DNA of 62,806 bases from Planctomycetota bacterium. Lineage in GTDB: Bacteria > Planctomycetota > Phycisphaerae > SM23-33. Below the pieces are notes generated by a model that had not been told where the DNA came from, made no database searches, and saw nothing but the letters and a program-made list of their open reading frames with translations. The translations under genes were made by a program, and so were the position numbers. Position 1 is the stretch's first letter, and the number at the start of each line of letters is the position of its first letter. Positions 17,691-26,694 of this stretch are shown here, one piece after another. The DNA lies in assembly GCA_012729725.1 (NCBI GenBank), contig JAAYCO010000229.1:1-62806 (forward strand), given 5' to 3'.

Positions 17691-20012
17691 GTGAGACAGC
17701 TTCATATCATCTGCATGATCATGGCCGCGATCGCATGCTGGTCGCTACCGCTGGCGGCACAGACGCCGCCGTCGGCGCCGACCGTTGCCGAAGTCAGCGT
17801 TGAAGGCAACGTGCACATGAGCGAATCGGCCATGATGTCTTACATCAGGACGCGCACAGGCGACTTCTATGACGAAAGTGTTGTGCAGGCCGACGTGCAG
17901 CGGCTGCTGACAACCGGCAGATTTGAAAGCGTCGACGCAAGGCTGACCGATACGCCGCAGGGACCATCAGTCACGTTTGTGGTTGTCGAAAAGCCCGTCA
18001 TCAATCGAATCGAAATCCGCGGCAACAAGGCGATCAAGGAAGGCGTGCTGCTTAAGGAACTTCCGTTCGCAACGGGCTCGGCCTTCAGTCCGCAATCCGC
18101 CAGGCTTGGAAGAGATGCTCTTCTCAACAAGTATCGCCAGGAAGGCTATTACTTCGCCGAAGTGACGCTCGACGAAGCCGCCCTTCAACGGGGCGAAGTT
18201 ATATACGAGATTAATGAAGGCCACATCGTTCGCACGCGGCACATCGACTTTCGCGGGAACGAGCACTTCGCGGACATTCGGCTGAGGTTCAGCATTTCAT
18301 CCGGCGTTCGCATCTGGCCGTTCACCAAAGGCCAACTTGACGACGACAAGATCGAGCAGGACATCCAGACCATCCGCACGATGTATATCGACGAAGGGTT
18401 CCTCGAGGCGCAGGTTTCGGCCCAGAAGGAATTCACCGAAGACAAACGCAACGCCCGCCTGGTGTTTAATATAGAAGAAGGCCCTCGGTTCCGCGTGAAC
18501 CAGGTTTCCTTCGTTGGCAACACGGTGTTCAGCAGCGATGAGCTTGCGGGCCGCATCACTCTTGGCCAGGGTGAATACTACACGGCGCTGGCGCTCAGAA
18601 GAGACCTTGAGCGCCTTCAGGATACATACGGCGAAATAGGGTTCATCAACGCATCGGCGACTTCTTCGCGAACGTTCCTTGATCCGTCGGCGCAGGCGCC
18701 GCAGTGGGCTGCCGACGCCAAGGACCCGGCCTTGCTGAACGTAACGTTCGACATACAGGAAGGTCAGCAATACCGCGTTGGCCAAGTGTTGATACGCGGC
18801 AACTCAGTTACATACGACAGGGTCATCAGGCGCGAACTGCGATTCCACCCGGAACAGTTGTACAACACGGTGGCTGTTAAGGAATCGCGGCGCTCGCTGC
18901 TTGAATCCAGGCTGTTTGAGGATGTGACAATTGTTCCTGTCGGGCAGGAACCTGGCGTCCGCGATGCTCTTGTCAATGTTCGCGAAGGGCAGACGGCTGA
19001 GTTCATCATTGGCGCCGGCATCAGCAGCCGAGACGGGCTGGTGGGCAACATTTCGTTTGCGCAGAGGAATTTCGATCTGTTCGGCTGGCCCAAACCCGGC
19101 AGGACCGGCCCGGCGATGCGGGGCGCGGGTCAGACTCTGCGAGTCACCGCCGAGCCCGGCGTCGAGCTGATGCGATCCACCATCGATTGGTATGAGCCTT
19201 ATATCTTCGACCAGCCATATTCGCTGGGCGTTCGCGGCTTCATCGTCACGCGCGAGCGGGAATCGTATGACGAAACCAGATTCGGGCCCGTGGTAAGCGT
19301 TGGGCACACGTTCAAGAATCGCTGGTACGGCGAATTGGCTGGACGACTGGAAGGCGTTGATATCTCCGACGTCGACAGCAACGCGCCTCGCGACGTGCGC
19401 GACGTTAAGGGTTCGAACTTCCTGGCCGGCCTGAAGGCCACGATCGCCAGAAACCGAACTGACAGCCGATGGGCTCCGTCAACCGGCGACAGCCTTCGCC
19501 TGTCCTATGAACAGGTCACCGGAGACTTCGATTTCGGCGTGGCGACAGCCGACTACCAGGTCTACTACACGGTCTGGATGGATGCACTTGACCGCAAGCA
19601 CATAGTGTCGCTGCGAGGCTCGGCCGGAAACATCTTTGGCGATGCGCCTGTTTTTGAGCGGTTCTACGGCGGCGGCCTGGGCTCGGTGCGAGGCTTCAAG
19701 TACAGGGGCATCAGCCCGCGCGGCGGCATTGACGAAGACCCGATCGGCGGCGACTTCATGCTTTTCGCCGGCGCCGAGTACACCTTCCCGCTGATTGCGG
19801 AGGTGGTGCGGGGCGTCGTATTCCTGGACAGCGGCACGGTTGAAACCGACTTTGGCGTAAACAGCTACCGGGTGGCTGCGGGCTTTGGCCTGCGGTGGGT
19901 CATCCCGTTCTTCGGGCCGATTCCGATGAGCCTGGACTTTGGATTCCCGCTCAGCAAAGAAAGCGAAGACGACCGGCAGATTGTCAGCTTCTCGCTAGGC
20001 TGGGTTTTCTAG
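17691..20012 (+). CDS. bamA: Outer membrane protein assembly factor BamA (Omp85)
   Basis: Signal peptide 'MAAIACWSLPLAAQ', repeated POTRA-like segments such as 'I..I.I.GN', and a C-terminal beta-barrel ending 'SFSLGWVF'. GTG start with GGGAGA SD. Confidence 0.9.
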   Translation: MRQLHIICMIMAAIACWSLPLAAQTPPSAPTVAEVSVEGNVHMSESAMMSYIRTRTGDFYDESVVQADVQRLLTTGRFESVDARLTDTPQGPSVTFVVVEKPVINRIEIRGNKAIKEGVLLKELPFATGSAFSPQSARLGRDALLNKYRQEGYYFAEVTLDEAALQRGEVIYEINEGHIVRTRHIDFRGNEHFADIRLRFSISSGVRIWPFTKGQLDDDKIEQDIQTIRTMYIDEGFLEAQVSAQKEFTEDKRNARLVFNIEEGPRFRVNQVSFVGNTVFSSDELAGRITLGQGEYYTALALRRDLERLQDTYGEIGFINASATSSRTFLDPSAQAPQWAADAKDPALLNVTFDIQEGQQYRVGQVLIRGNSVTYDRVIRRELRFHPEQLYNTVAVKESRRSLLESRLFEDVTIVPVGQEPGVRDALVNVREGQTAEFIIGAGISSRDGLVGNISFAQRNFDLFGWPKPGRTGPAMRGAGQTLRVTAEPGVELMRSTIDWYEPYIFDQPYSLGVRGFIVTRERESYDETRFGPVVSVGHTFKNRWYGELAGRLEGVDISDVDSNAPRDVRDVKGSNFLAGLKATIARNRTDSRWAPSTGDSLRLSYEQVTGDFDFGVATADYQVYYTVWMDALDRKHIVSLRGSAGNIFGDAPVFERFYGGGLGSVRGFKYRGISPRGGIDEDPIGGDFMLFAGAEYTFPLIAEVVRGVVFLDSGTVETDFGVNSYRVAAGFGLRWVIPFFGPIPMSLDFGFPLSKESEDDRQIVSFSLGWVF

Positions 20013-20040
20013 TCTAAAACCCATTTCAATGACAGCTAAG

Positions 20041-20066
20041 CCCTGTGCAATGAAGATTGCACAGGG
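20041..20066 (+). terminator. Perfect 11-bp stem-loop after bamA
   Basis: CCCTGTGCAAT-GAAG-ATTGCACAGGG, 29 nt after the bamA stop. There is no U-tract. Repeat copy B follows immediately. Confidence 0.5.
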
Positions 20067-20068
20067 CT

Positions 20069-20178
20069 AGAGCAGGCGAGCAGTAGAACAGGTGAGCAGT
20101 AGATAACACAATGAACAACCTGTAGGCTCTCCGCTACCGGTTTGTGCTTCGCCTGCGGTCTCCTGTTCACCTGCTCAA
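20069..20178. repeat. Palindromic CAGG-unit repeat element, copy B
   Basis: The left arm AGAGCAGGCGAGCAGTAGAACAGGTGAGCAGT matches copy A at 28 of 32 positions. The right arm CGCCTGCGGTCTCCTGTTCACCTGCTCAA matches copy A minus one 8-nt unit. The centre is not conserved. Confidence 0.7.
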
Positions 20179-20203
20179 CTGTTCAGACTTTTCCACATTC
20201 CAC

Positions 20204-20458
20204 TTAGGCATTTTCGTCTTCCGCGATTTCGTCTGGCGTCTCAAGGACGCCCTGTCGGCCTTCGCCTGCGGAAGGATTCTCGCCATGCCTGCCCATGCCG
20301 GGCAGCGATGCGCCATGTTCTTTGTCCTTGAAGGTTTCGGGTTGTTGCCTCGCTGCTGCTCTTGGCGCGGCGTACGTTTTGCCACCCCGGAGACCTTTGG
20401 GGATGGAGAATTTTCCTTTCCTCGGCTTTTTAGTTGCGCGAGTTCTATGCCTGGCCAT
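20204..20458 (-). CDS. Small highly charged hypothetical protein (84 aa), not resolved in the ORF track
   Basis: An ATG at 20458 is preceded by GGAGGAGAGA. It begins 16 nt after the DUF2267 stop, on the same strand, and ends in TAA. The protein is MARHRTRATKKPRKGKFSIPKGLRGGK...ETPDEIAEDENA. Confidence 0.4.
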   Translation of the reverse strand: MARHRTRATKKPRKGKFSIPKGLRGGKTYAAPRAAARQQPETFKDKEHGASLPGMGRHGENPSAGEGRQGVLETPDEIAEDENA

Positions 20459-20474
20459 AATCTCTCCTCCAGAT

Positions 20475-20918
20475 TCAGGCAGCCTTCTTTGTCGGCCAGA
20501 TGCGCCTGATGTCCTCGGGCATGTTGCTTCGGATATCGTCAATCTCACCAGGCGTTATCTTGCTGTTCAGCACGCTCATGACAGCTTCGGTTATGCGCAT
20601 CGGGTCGACGTTTGGGTCGGGTCCATATTCCTGCTCAACGATCTGAAGAAAATCTTCAAGATGCCTGATTTTCATCGGCGTATCAAATGGTCTCCATCCT
20701 TCGTAATACAGGCCCCGAACCAGCAGGGGAATCTGGGCCCCAAGGTCAACCGCTTCCTCCATGGGCAGGCGGTCACGAAGCGTGTGCATGACGGCGCGAA
20801 GGGCCTGCCAGCTCTTGTGGTAGTCCTCCCAGTGAAGTTGAGCGTTTATCTCTTTCAACCAGTCGTGGGTCTTGTCGAAAGTTGATTCGAGAAACCCAAG
20901 AGATCCCAACATTGCCAT
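20475..20918 (-). CDS. DUF2267 domain-containing protein
   Basis: 'FDKTHDWLKEI', 'ALRAVMHTLRDRLPMEEAVDLGAQIPLLVRGLYYEGWRP' and 'EAVMSVLNSKITPGEIDDI' are typical of DUF2267. I chose ATG 20918 with GGGAGAAG SD. The 364-aa track ORF is an upstream extension with no support. Confidence 0.8.
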   Translation of the reverse strand: MAMLGSLGFLESTFDKTHDWLKEINAQLHWEDYHKSWQALRAVMHTLRDRLPMEEAVDLGAQIPLLVRGLYYEGWRPFDTPMKIRHLEDFLQIVEQEYGPDPNVDPMRITEAVMSVLNSKITPGEIDDIRSNMPEDIRRIWPTKKAA

Positions 20919-21191
20919 GGTCTTCTCCCTGTTCATGTCGCCTGAAAACACGGGCACACAACATCCTAGGCATCTTGAGTTGAATTGACGCATGTCGGCG
21001 TCGCTGCCGGGAATTGACGCCTTGACTCTAGGAAAGATGCCTAACGTCCGGTGCCCGCCGGCCTGCTCCCAAATGCAGTTTGAGCCTGATTGAGAAGGCC
21101 TTTGACGCTCGCCTAGAGTGACACCAGAGCAATGGCGCGTGGCCATCGCCCGGTCTTGACCGTGACATTTGTCGAGTGAAGGAGACTGTTC

Positions 21192-22046
21192 ATGAAGAGA
21201 TACTTGATGGCGGGAGTAGGCATCACAGCGGTAGTACTGATGCTGGCTCAGGCAGCGCCGGCACAGAATCAGAAGCAGGATGAATGGAAGCAGGAAGTGG
21301 ATGTTGGCTCTCAGCGCCAGACCGGAGGCGCAGCGGGCGCCACCGCCGGGCAACAGACGACAGTAACAGGAACCATAGTCGGCCTTCGCGAGTACCTGAT
21401 GCATGGCCAGGCGGCTACGAGCCAGTATCGCCAACAACAGCAGCAACAGCAGCTTGGTCGGGAAAGAATTTCCAACGCGATGGTGCTGATTCTGGACCCG
21501 GGTCAATCGCTTACCGGCGGCGCAACTGGCGCCCAGGGCACTAGCGAGTGGCAGCGCCAGCAGCAGCAACAGCGCTCGGGCCAGACTTCAGGCCAGCAGG
21601 ATGATCAGGCAATTCGACCTCTTGATCGTCTTGGCGGCCAGACCGGCGCGGGCGGGCAAAGCCAGTCCGGCCAGCAGGGCAGCACCGGCAGCGGACAGTC
21701 CAGCGGGCGCACGGGCGGAATGACTACCGGCGGAACCCAATCGTCCGGACAGTCAGGCGGTCAGAGCAGCGGACAAACCAGCGGTCAGACGAGTGGCACA
21801 ACCAGTGGCGGTCAAACCGGCGCGGGAACCTATCGGTCGCAGTCATCCGGCTCTCAGGGTGGCATGACAGGCGCTGGCGAAGGCAACGCCGTCCTGCTGT
21901 TCCCATCCCAGGACAGCCCTCAGGCGCTGAGCCAGGCCCAGGACTGGATGGGCCAGCGCGTTCGCGTTACAGGAAAGGTTTGGACCCGCAACAATATGAA
22001 TGCGATAGCTGTTGAACGCATTGAGCGGATCGAATCACGACAGTAG
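21192..22046 (+). CDS. Secreted low-complexity Q/G/S/T-rich protein
   Basis: AAGGAGA SD and signal peptide 'MKRYLMAGVGITAVVLMLAQAAPAQ'. Long poly-Q and (S/T)GQ-type repeats. Ordered segments at both ends include 'VTGTIVGLREYLMHG' and 'GQRVRVTGKVWTRNNMNAIAVERIERI'. Confidence 0.7.
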   Translation: MKRYLMAGVGITAVVLMLAQAAPAQNQKQDEWKQEVDVGSQRQTGGAAGATAGQQTTVTGTIVGLREYLMHGQAATSQYRQQQQQQQLGRERISNAMVLILDPGQSLTGGATGAQGTSEWQRQQQQQRSGQTSGQQDDQAIRPLDRLGGQTGAGGQSQSGQQGSTGSGQSSGRTGGMTTGGTQSSGQSGGQSSGQTSGQTSGTTSGGQTGAGTYRSQSSGSQGGMTGAGEGNAVLLFPSQDSPQALSQAQDWMGQRVRVTGKVWTRNNMNAIAVERIERIESRQ

Positions 22047-22124
22047 TTCACTGACACCTGAGCGTTGCCTCGGCACACGATATTTATCTGCCCGTACGGG
22101 CCGATGAGCAGCCTGAAGGGGAGG

Positions 22125-22158
22125 CGTGGGTGATCACCGGAAACGGTGGTTGCCCACG
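22125..22158. terminator. Long hairpin between convergent genes (candidate bidirectional terminator)
   Basis: CGTGGGTGATCACCG-GAAA-CGGTGGTTGCCCACG forms a 15-bp stem including G-U pairs. It lies between the ends of the genes at 22046 (+) and 22205 (-). Confidence 0.4.
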
Positions 22159-22204
22159 CTATTAGGGCCGCTCACGCCCAGCCACCTAAAACCGTCGAAT
22201 CGGG

Positions 22205-23284
22205 CTAGAGCTCGGACAGACCTACTATGCGGCGCTCACTTTCCGATTGCTCCGCGGCCAGGCACACTTTGGTCGTTTCATAAGAATCTCCAGCCGGGAT
22301 TTCGGGCGGCAGGCCACTCGCAACCAGCTCTGCAACTCGCATGCACTGGCCTGGAACGTTGTGGAACCATTCCTGGTCATCCTCCCTGGCAAAGGTGACC
22401 GTCTCTGCTATTTCGCTGACCAACTGTTTGGGGCCGTCGGAAAATCGCCAGCGCCGCGCCCTTCGTCTGAAGACGTCAGTCTCTATGGCGCCGTGTGTTC
22501 CAAATATGTGGTACTGAAGGAAGTGCCCGTCGTCGGCCTGCTTGTCAAGCACATCCAGCAACGGGTCGCCAGCATCTGTCTCGCCAATGCACATGACGAA
22601 ATTCAAGGTTGAGATCGCGCCGTTGGCGAACCGTATGTTGATCTGGTGATTGTCGGGGTGGTTGAAATAAGTGACCGTGTTGGGCGCATGCATTGAATAC
22701 ACGTTATCAACAGGGCTTGCCATGAACCATCGCTGCAAGTCAATGTAATGCGACAGTTTCTCGCCGATCAGCGTGCCCTTGCTGCGGCTGCGCCAGGTAT
22801 CCTTCATGTGAAATTCGCTGCAGTAGTATCGGCAGTGGCAATTGACGGGAGTTCCGATGAGCCCATCATCAATCCACTGTTTGGCCGTCATATAGAGCTT
22901 CGAGTAGTGCAGCTCAAAGCCAATCTGAAGAAACCTCCCAGTTTGTTCATGCGCCTTCAGCATCCGCCTGGCTTGTCCAAGATCAAGCCCCATCGGCTTT
23001 TCACATAACACCGCCTTGCCAGCTCGGAGCGCCTTCTCCGTGAGTTCTGCGTGCGCCTCGTTAATCGCCGCGATATATATCAACCGAATGTCTGAGTTGT
23101 TCAGCAGCACATCCAGATTGCTTGTGGCCACAGTGCCAAGCTCCCGACCTCGTTGGGCTGCCCGTGACGCGTCAGGCTCATAGCCAAAGACGTTACGAAC
23201 CCATGGACTTTCCTGTGCCGCCTTCACGTGTGTTGCGCCCATGCCGCCCAAGCCAAGTACAGCAACATCGATCCTCGGGTTCAT
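22205..23284 (-). CDS. Gfo/Idh/MocA family oxidoreductase
   Basis: 'IDVAVLGLGGMGATH', 'VLCEKPM' and a C-terminal alpha/beta domain. Confidence 0.85.
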   Translation of the reverse strand: MNPRIDVAVLGLGGMGATHVKAAQESPWVRNVFGYEPDASRAAQRGRELGTVATSNLDVLLNNSDIRLIYIAAINEAHAELTEKALRAGKAVLCEKPMGLDLGQARRMLKAHEQTGRFLQIGFELHYSKLYMTAKQWIDDGLIGTPVNCHCRYYCSEFHMKDTWRSRSKGTLIGEKLSHYIDLQRWFMASPVDNVYSMHAPNTVTYFNHPDNHQINIRFANGAISTLNFVMCIGETDAGDPLLDVLDKQADDGHFLQYHIFGTHGAIETDVFRRRARRWRFSDGPKQLVSEIAETVTFAREDDQEWFHNVPGQCMRVAELVASGLPPEIPAGDSYETTKVCLAAEQSESERRIVGLSEL

Positions 23285-23438
23285 CCAGTTCTCCGATAAA
23301 GTCCAAACAACTGCGCGTTTTCTGACCCGACTTTTTCTGCACTAGTCCTCTTTATCAAGACGGCGCCAACAATACCCTCAGAAGGCCAGCGGATATCACC
23401 AGTTGTCGATTCCGAAAAGCATGACTCCATGGCATCCT

Positions 23439-26400
23439 CTAGCGGGCAAACTCCGCGGTGAACCAAATTGCTTCGAATGGTGGCACTTCAACGCTCTCAG
23501 GAAGCCTGTTGAGTATCTTCGTGTCGCCCAGTCTTCGGATCCTCTGCAATGGTCGCCCTCTCCAGAGTAGTTTGCCTGAAAGCGTTTTGGGGGAGTGATT
23601 CATCAGCACTATCAGGCAGTGCCTGTTTCTTACACGGACGGCCGACAGGAGAGTAGTGCTCAGGCCCTGGCCTTCCACGCCAGACACCAAGAAAGGCTCC
23701 AGTTCTGGCAGGAACTGAGTCACCTGGGCGAGATAATAAAGAGTGGTTGCATTGAAGCGGTCAGTGTTTGAGGCATACAGGGACACGCCATTGCAGCCGG
23801 CAAGCATGGATTTGGCAAAGGATGTTCCTGCCCCCTCGACAGGATGACCCGGCATCCAGAATCCAATGCCGTTCAGGAACTTCTTGCCCTTGGCTCGCAA
23901 CACCGCAGCTGTGTTACTCGCAGCATTCGTCCATTCTCCCCCATAGCCTGCCATTCCCACATCGACGTGATCGGCCATCTTCCTCCAATCGCATGAGTAG
24001 CTGCCGGAAGCATGGGGATAGTATGAGCTATACATGGAAAACAGAGCGCCAGGGAGTTCCTCTCTGATGATCTTGCGAAGTTCCATGGCTTGGCGTGCCC
24101 GCTGATCGGTCACGAAGTCAATCCATTTATCATGATATGTTTCGGTCGCCGCCTGCTCATCGAGCTTCACTTCCGCGGCGATTCCGGCATGCTTCCTGAA
24201 AGCGTCAAGCGTATTGGGGTCAAAAGAACCGAGGAGGGGCCCGACCTCGTGATCCCACTGGATTTCATCAAAAGCAAAGGGGAAATCCTTCAGAATTACT
24301 CTGCACCTGTCCCGCCAGAAGCTGTAGCTGCCATGCGAAGGGTCCAGCAGCAGTTCCAGCTGCACACGCAGACCATTCTGCCATGACGAGGCGATTGCTT
24401 CTTTGCGACTGGCCGCATAGACGACTTCATCCGCGGGGTTGTCCTTGAGCCATTGACGTTGAAAGTCGGTGGGAGTGATTACTGCCGAAACACGAAATCC
24501 CATTTCCTTGGCAAGAACGAAAAAGTCTTCCGCCCTGTCAAATCCATATGGATCGCCGCCAATGGCGAAGAAGGAAAGAGTTTTGATTCCCGCGGCTTTG
24601 TACATCTTGAGCAAGGCCGGCCATACCGTTGGCGGGTAATTAATGTAATCTCGGGTCCATAATTGTATGTCTACATTTTTGACGGTCTTGCCCTCTGGAA
24701 ATGGCAATCTTCGGAATTCTAGCCTGGTTGGAACCTCCACGACAAATCCCTGCATGATCCGGCAACCGATCCGCATCACCAGGTCACCATTTGGTTTATC
24801 AAGGAGGACAAAAGGCATGCCCATCGAGGAAACCTCAGGAAGTGCTGGATTTTGGGTTGGCGGGAGGTGGCCGCCAAACCTGATCACATGCCGAAGATAC
24901 CCATCCGGAAGCTCAATCGTGGTCATGTCAATGGGATGGAAGCGCCGCTTGTACCAGTTCAGTCTGCCTACAGGACTTGGCAGATCAAGTCCCGGTGCAG
25001 TGTCTATGACCAACTCATAATCCGCCAAGGCCTGGTTAGTCGGGTTCTGTGTGTAGACTAGTGCAATCTGTCCAAAGTTCTCATAGATAGTATGCTTGTC
25101 AACCGCACCCTCCGGACCATATTTGGTCATGCCGGAAATGATGTGCCTCAGAAACACCGCGCCAGGTTTTCCATGAAGCCACTTTGACCCCGCCACAGCA
25201 TCCTCGCAGGAGCCTGCTTGTTCCGGAGACGCTGTCCACGTGCTCAAAGACGGCACATAACTGCGGGATGTCCAATCGACGCCTTGGGAAACTCTATTCA
25301 TGTGCAGCCATTCAGAAGAAGACACCAGCGAGAATGCCCGATCCTGGTTCTCAACGAGCATGCTCCATCGCCCCTCCGTCTTCATTCTGACTCCCAGAGA
25401 ATTCTTGCCTTCCAAGATGGCGATCCTCCCCCGGAGCGTACCGTCGTCATCGCTGGTCAGTCTCACAGGCTGCTGGTTGAAGAAGACCTCCGCCTCACCT
25501 TCGCATCGCATGACGACATCAGCCATGATGCTCCTCACGCCACATGGCCGCCACGGCGTAACCAGCACGCATGTCTCGGCATCAGCGTTGAACGCGAAAG
25601 CCCTTGCGTTGAGCCAGCGACTCGCCGTTGCCGGAATTTCCCGAGTTACCCGTTTGTCCTGCTTCTTTGGAGCGACAACAGTCTCGGAATCTTGGAAGAG
25701 TTTCCCATTGTCGTCTTTGCCGGCAATGCCAACAGTGATTCTGGCATCCCCCGAAGAGGGGTTATGGATGCTGTATTCGTATCCGAAAAGAGCGTCATTA
25801 TTGTAAACGGGCGATATGGTGACCACAGGCTGGGCGTCAACAAAGACGATCTTCATGAATCGGGATGGTTCACCAAAGGCGCTCTGCAACGGGGCCAGAG
25901 AGCTGAACTCCTTGTGTGGAATCCTGTTCCGCGCGACGTTGAAAGTGCAATCTGATGTCTCCGGGGTGATCCCAAGATCCGCAAACGGAATGGTCAACTG
26001 AACCCACCAGCCATCTTCATCCCGCCCGCCAGCGCTCGCCCAATTCCCATTCCACGAAACATCACCGTGCTTGGCATCCCACTTCGCGCCGGAAGCGTTG
26101 GTCGCCAGCTGGAAATATCGCGTTCCGTCACCCAGGGTATCGAAGAACACCTCTACTGAATCATTGCCGAAGACCTCCATGCTGTCACGCGGATGCGGCG
26201 ATGACTTGAACAAATGGTCGCTATTCGACTCGGGCTTGAGCACCGGTTCCTTACAGTAGACCAGCATAAACAACGCCCGGCCGTTGTGTACAATGGTCAC
26301 CTCTGTCTGCACATCAGCTGGAATCAGCTCGCCCAGGAGCGAGAAGCTCGTCATCGTCTGGCCGGTTTTCCATACCACGTCACCTTTGCCCTTGGGGGCG

Positions 26401-26603
26401 TTCGGTACTCGCGGAACGCAAACAGCAGCTTGTTCGGCGCCGAGAAGCTCCGCCCGCGCCGCGGTGGAGCCTGAGGCGGTGGCGGAGTTGGAAGGCTTCA
26501 CGTCAGCGCGGACGATGACTGGCGCACACAACTGCACCACCATCACGAGAAGTGCTCCAAGAAGCGAACGTCCAGACAAGCTTGGGCAGCTCGGCGACAT
26601 CAT
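23439..26603 (-). CDS. Large secreted protein with an N-terminal CBM9/DOMON-like domain and a C-terminal TIM-barrel-like (putative glycoside hydrolase-like) region
   Basis: Signal peptide 'LLGALLVMVVQLCAPVIVRA'. 'DSVEVFFDTLGDGTRYFQLATNASGAKWDA' resembles carbohydrate-binding family 9. The C-terminal half has alternating beta/alpha character. There is no exact family match by eye. Confidence 0.6.
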   Translation of the reverse strand: MMSPSCPSLSGRSLLGALLVMVVQLCAPVIVRADVKPSNSATASGSTAARAELLGAEQAAVCVPRVPNAPKGKGDVVWKTGQTMTSFSLLGELIPADVQTEVTIVHNGRALFMLVYCKEPVLKPESNSDHLFKSSPHPRDSMEVFGNDSVEVFFDTLGDGTRYFQLATNASGAKWDAKHGDVSWNGNWASAGGRDEDGWWVQLTIPFADLGITPETSDCTFNVARNRIPHKEFSSLAPLQSAFGEPSRFMKIVFVDAQPVVTISPVYNNDALFGYEYSIHNPSSGDARITVGIAGKDDNGKLFQDSETVVAPKKQDKRVTREIPATASRWLNARAFAFNADAETCVLVTPWRPCGVRSIMADVVMRCEGEAEVFFNQQPVRLTSDDDGTLRGRIAILEGKNSLGVRMKTEGRWSMLVENQDRAFSLVSSSEWLHMNRVSQGVDWTSRSYVPSLSTWTASPEQAGSCEDAVAGSKWLHGKPGAVFLRHIISGMTKYGPEGAVDKHTIYENFGQIALVYTQNPTNQALADYELVIDTAPGLDLPSPVGRLNWYKRRFHPIDMTTIELPDGYLRHVIRFGGHLPPTQNPALPEVSSMGMPFVLLDKPNGDLVMRIGCRIMQGFVVEVPTRLEFRRLPFPEGKTVKNVDIQLWTRDYINYPPTVWPALLKMYKAAGIKTLSFFAIGGDPYGFDRAEDFFVLAKEMGFRVSAVITPTDFQRQWLKDNPADEVVYAASRKEAIASSWQNGLRVQLELLLDPSHGSYSFWRDRCRVILKDFPFAFDEIQWDHEVGPLLGSFDPNTLDAFRKHAGIAAEVKLDEQAATETYHDKWIDFVTDQRARQAMELRKIIREELPGALFSMYSSYYPHASGSYSCDWRKMADHVDVGMAGYGGEWTNAASNTAAVLRAKGKKFLNGIGFWMPGHPVEGAGTSFAKSMLAGCNGVSLYASNTDRFNATTLYYLAQVTQFLPELEPFLVSGVEGQGLSTTLLSAVRVRNRHCLIVLMNHSPKTLSGKLLWRGRPLQRIRRLGDTKILNRLPESVEVPPFEAIWFTAEFAR

Positions 26604-26694
26604 AATTCTCCCTGAGTAAGTCTTAGCACGGGCAAAGTCCCAATTGACTCAAATCATTCTTGCTTATTATTGGGTGGCAACATAAAATCAATTG

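Noticed and set aside
20144-20509. A plus-strand 121-aa ORF and a minus-strand 72-aa ORF (20167..20385) in the bamA-DUF2267 gap.
   Set aside because: Neither has an SD or motifs, and both partly overlap the repeat element. The minus-strand 84-codon frame with the GGAGGA SD is the better candidate.
20475-21569. The 364-aa track ORF extending the DUF2267 gene upstream and overlapping the Q-rich gene on the opposite strand.
   Set aside because: Only the last 147 residues have DUF2267 character, and a GGGAGAAG SD precedes the internal ATG at 20918. The upstream part is the mirror image of the low-complexity repeats of the plus-strand gene.
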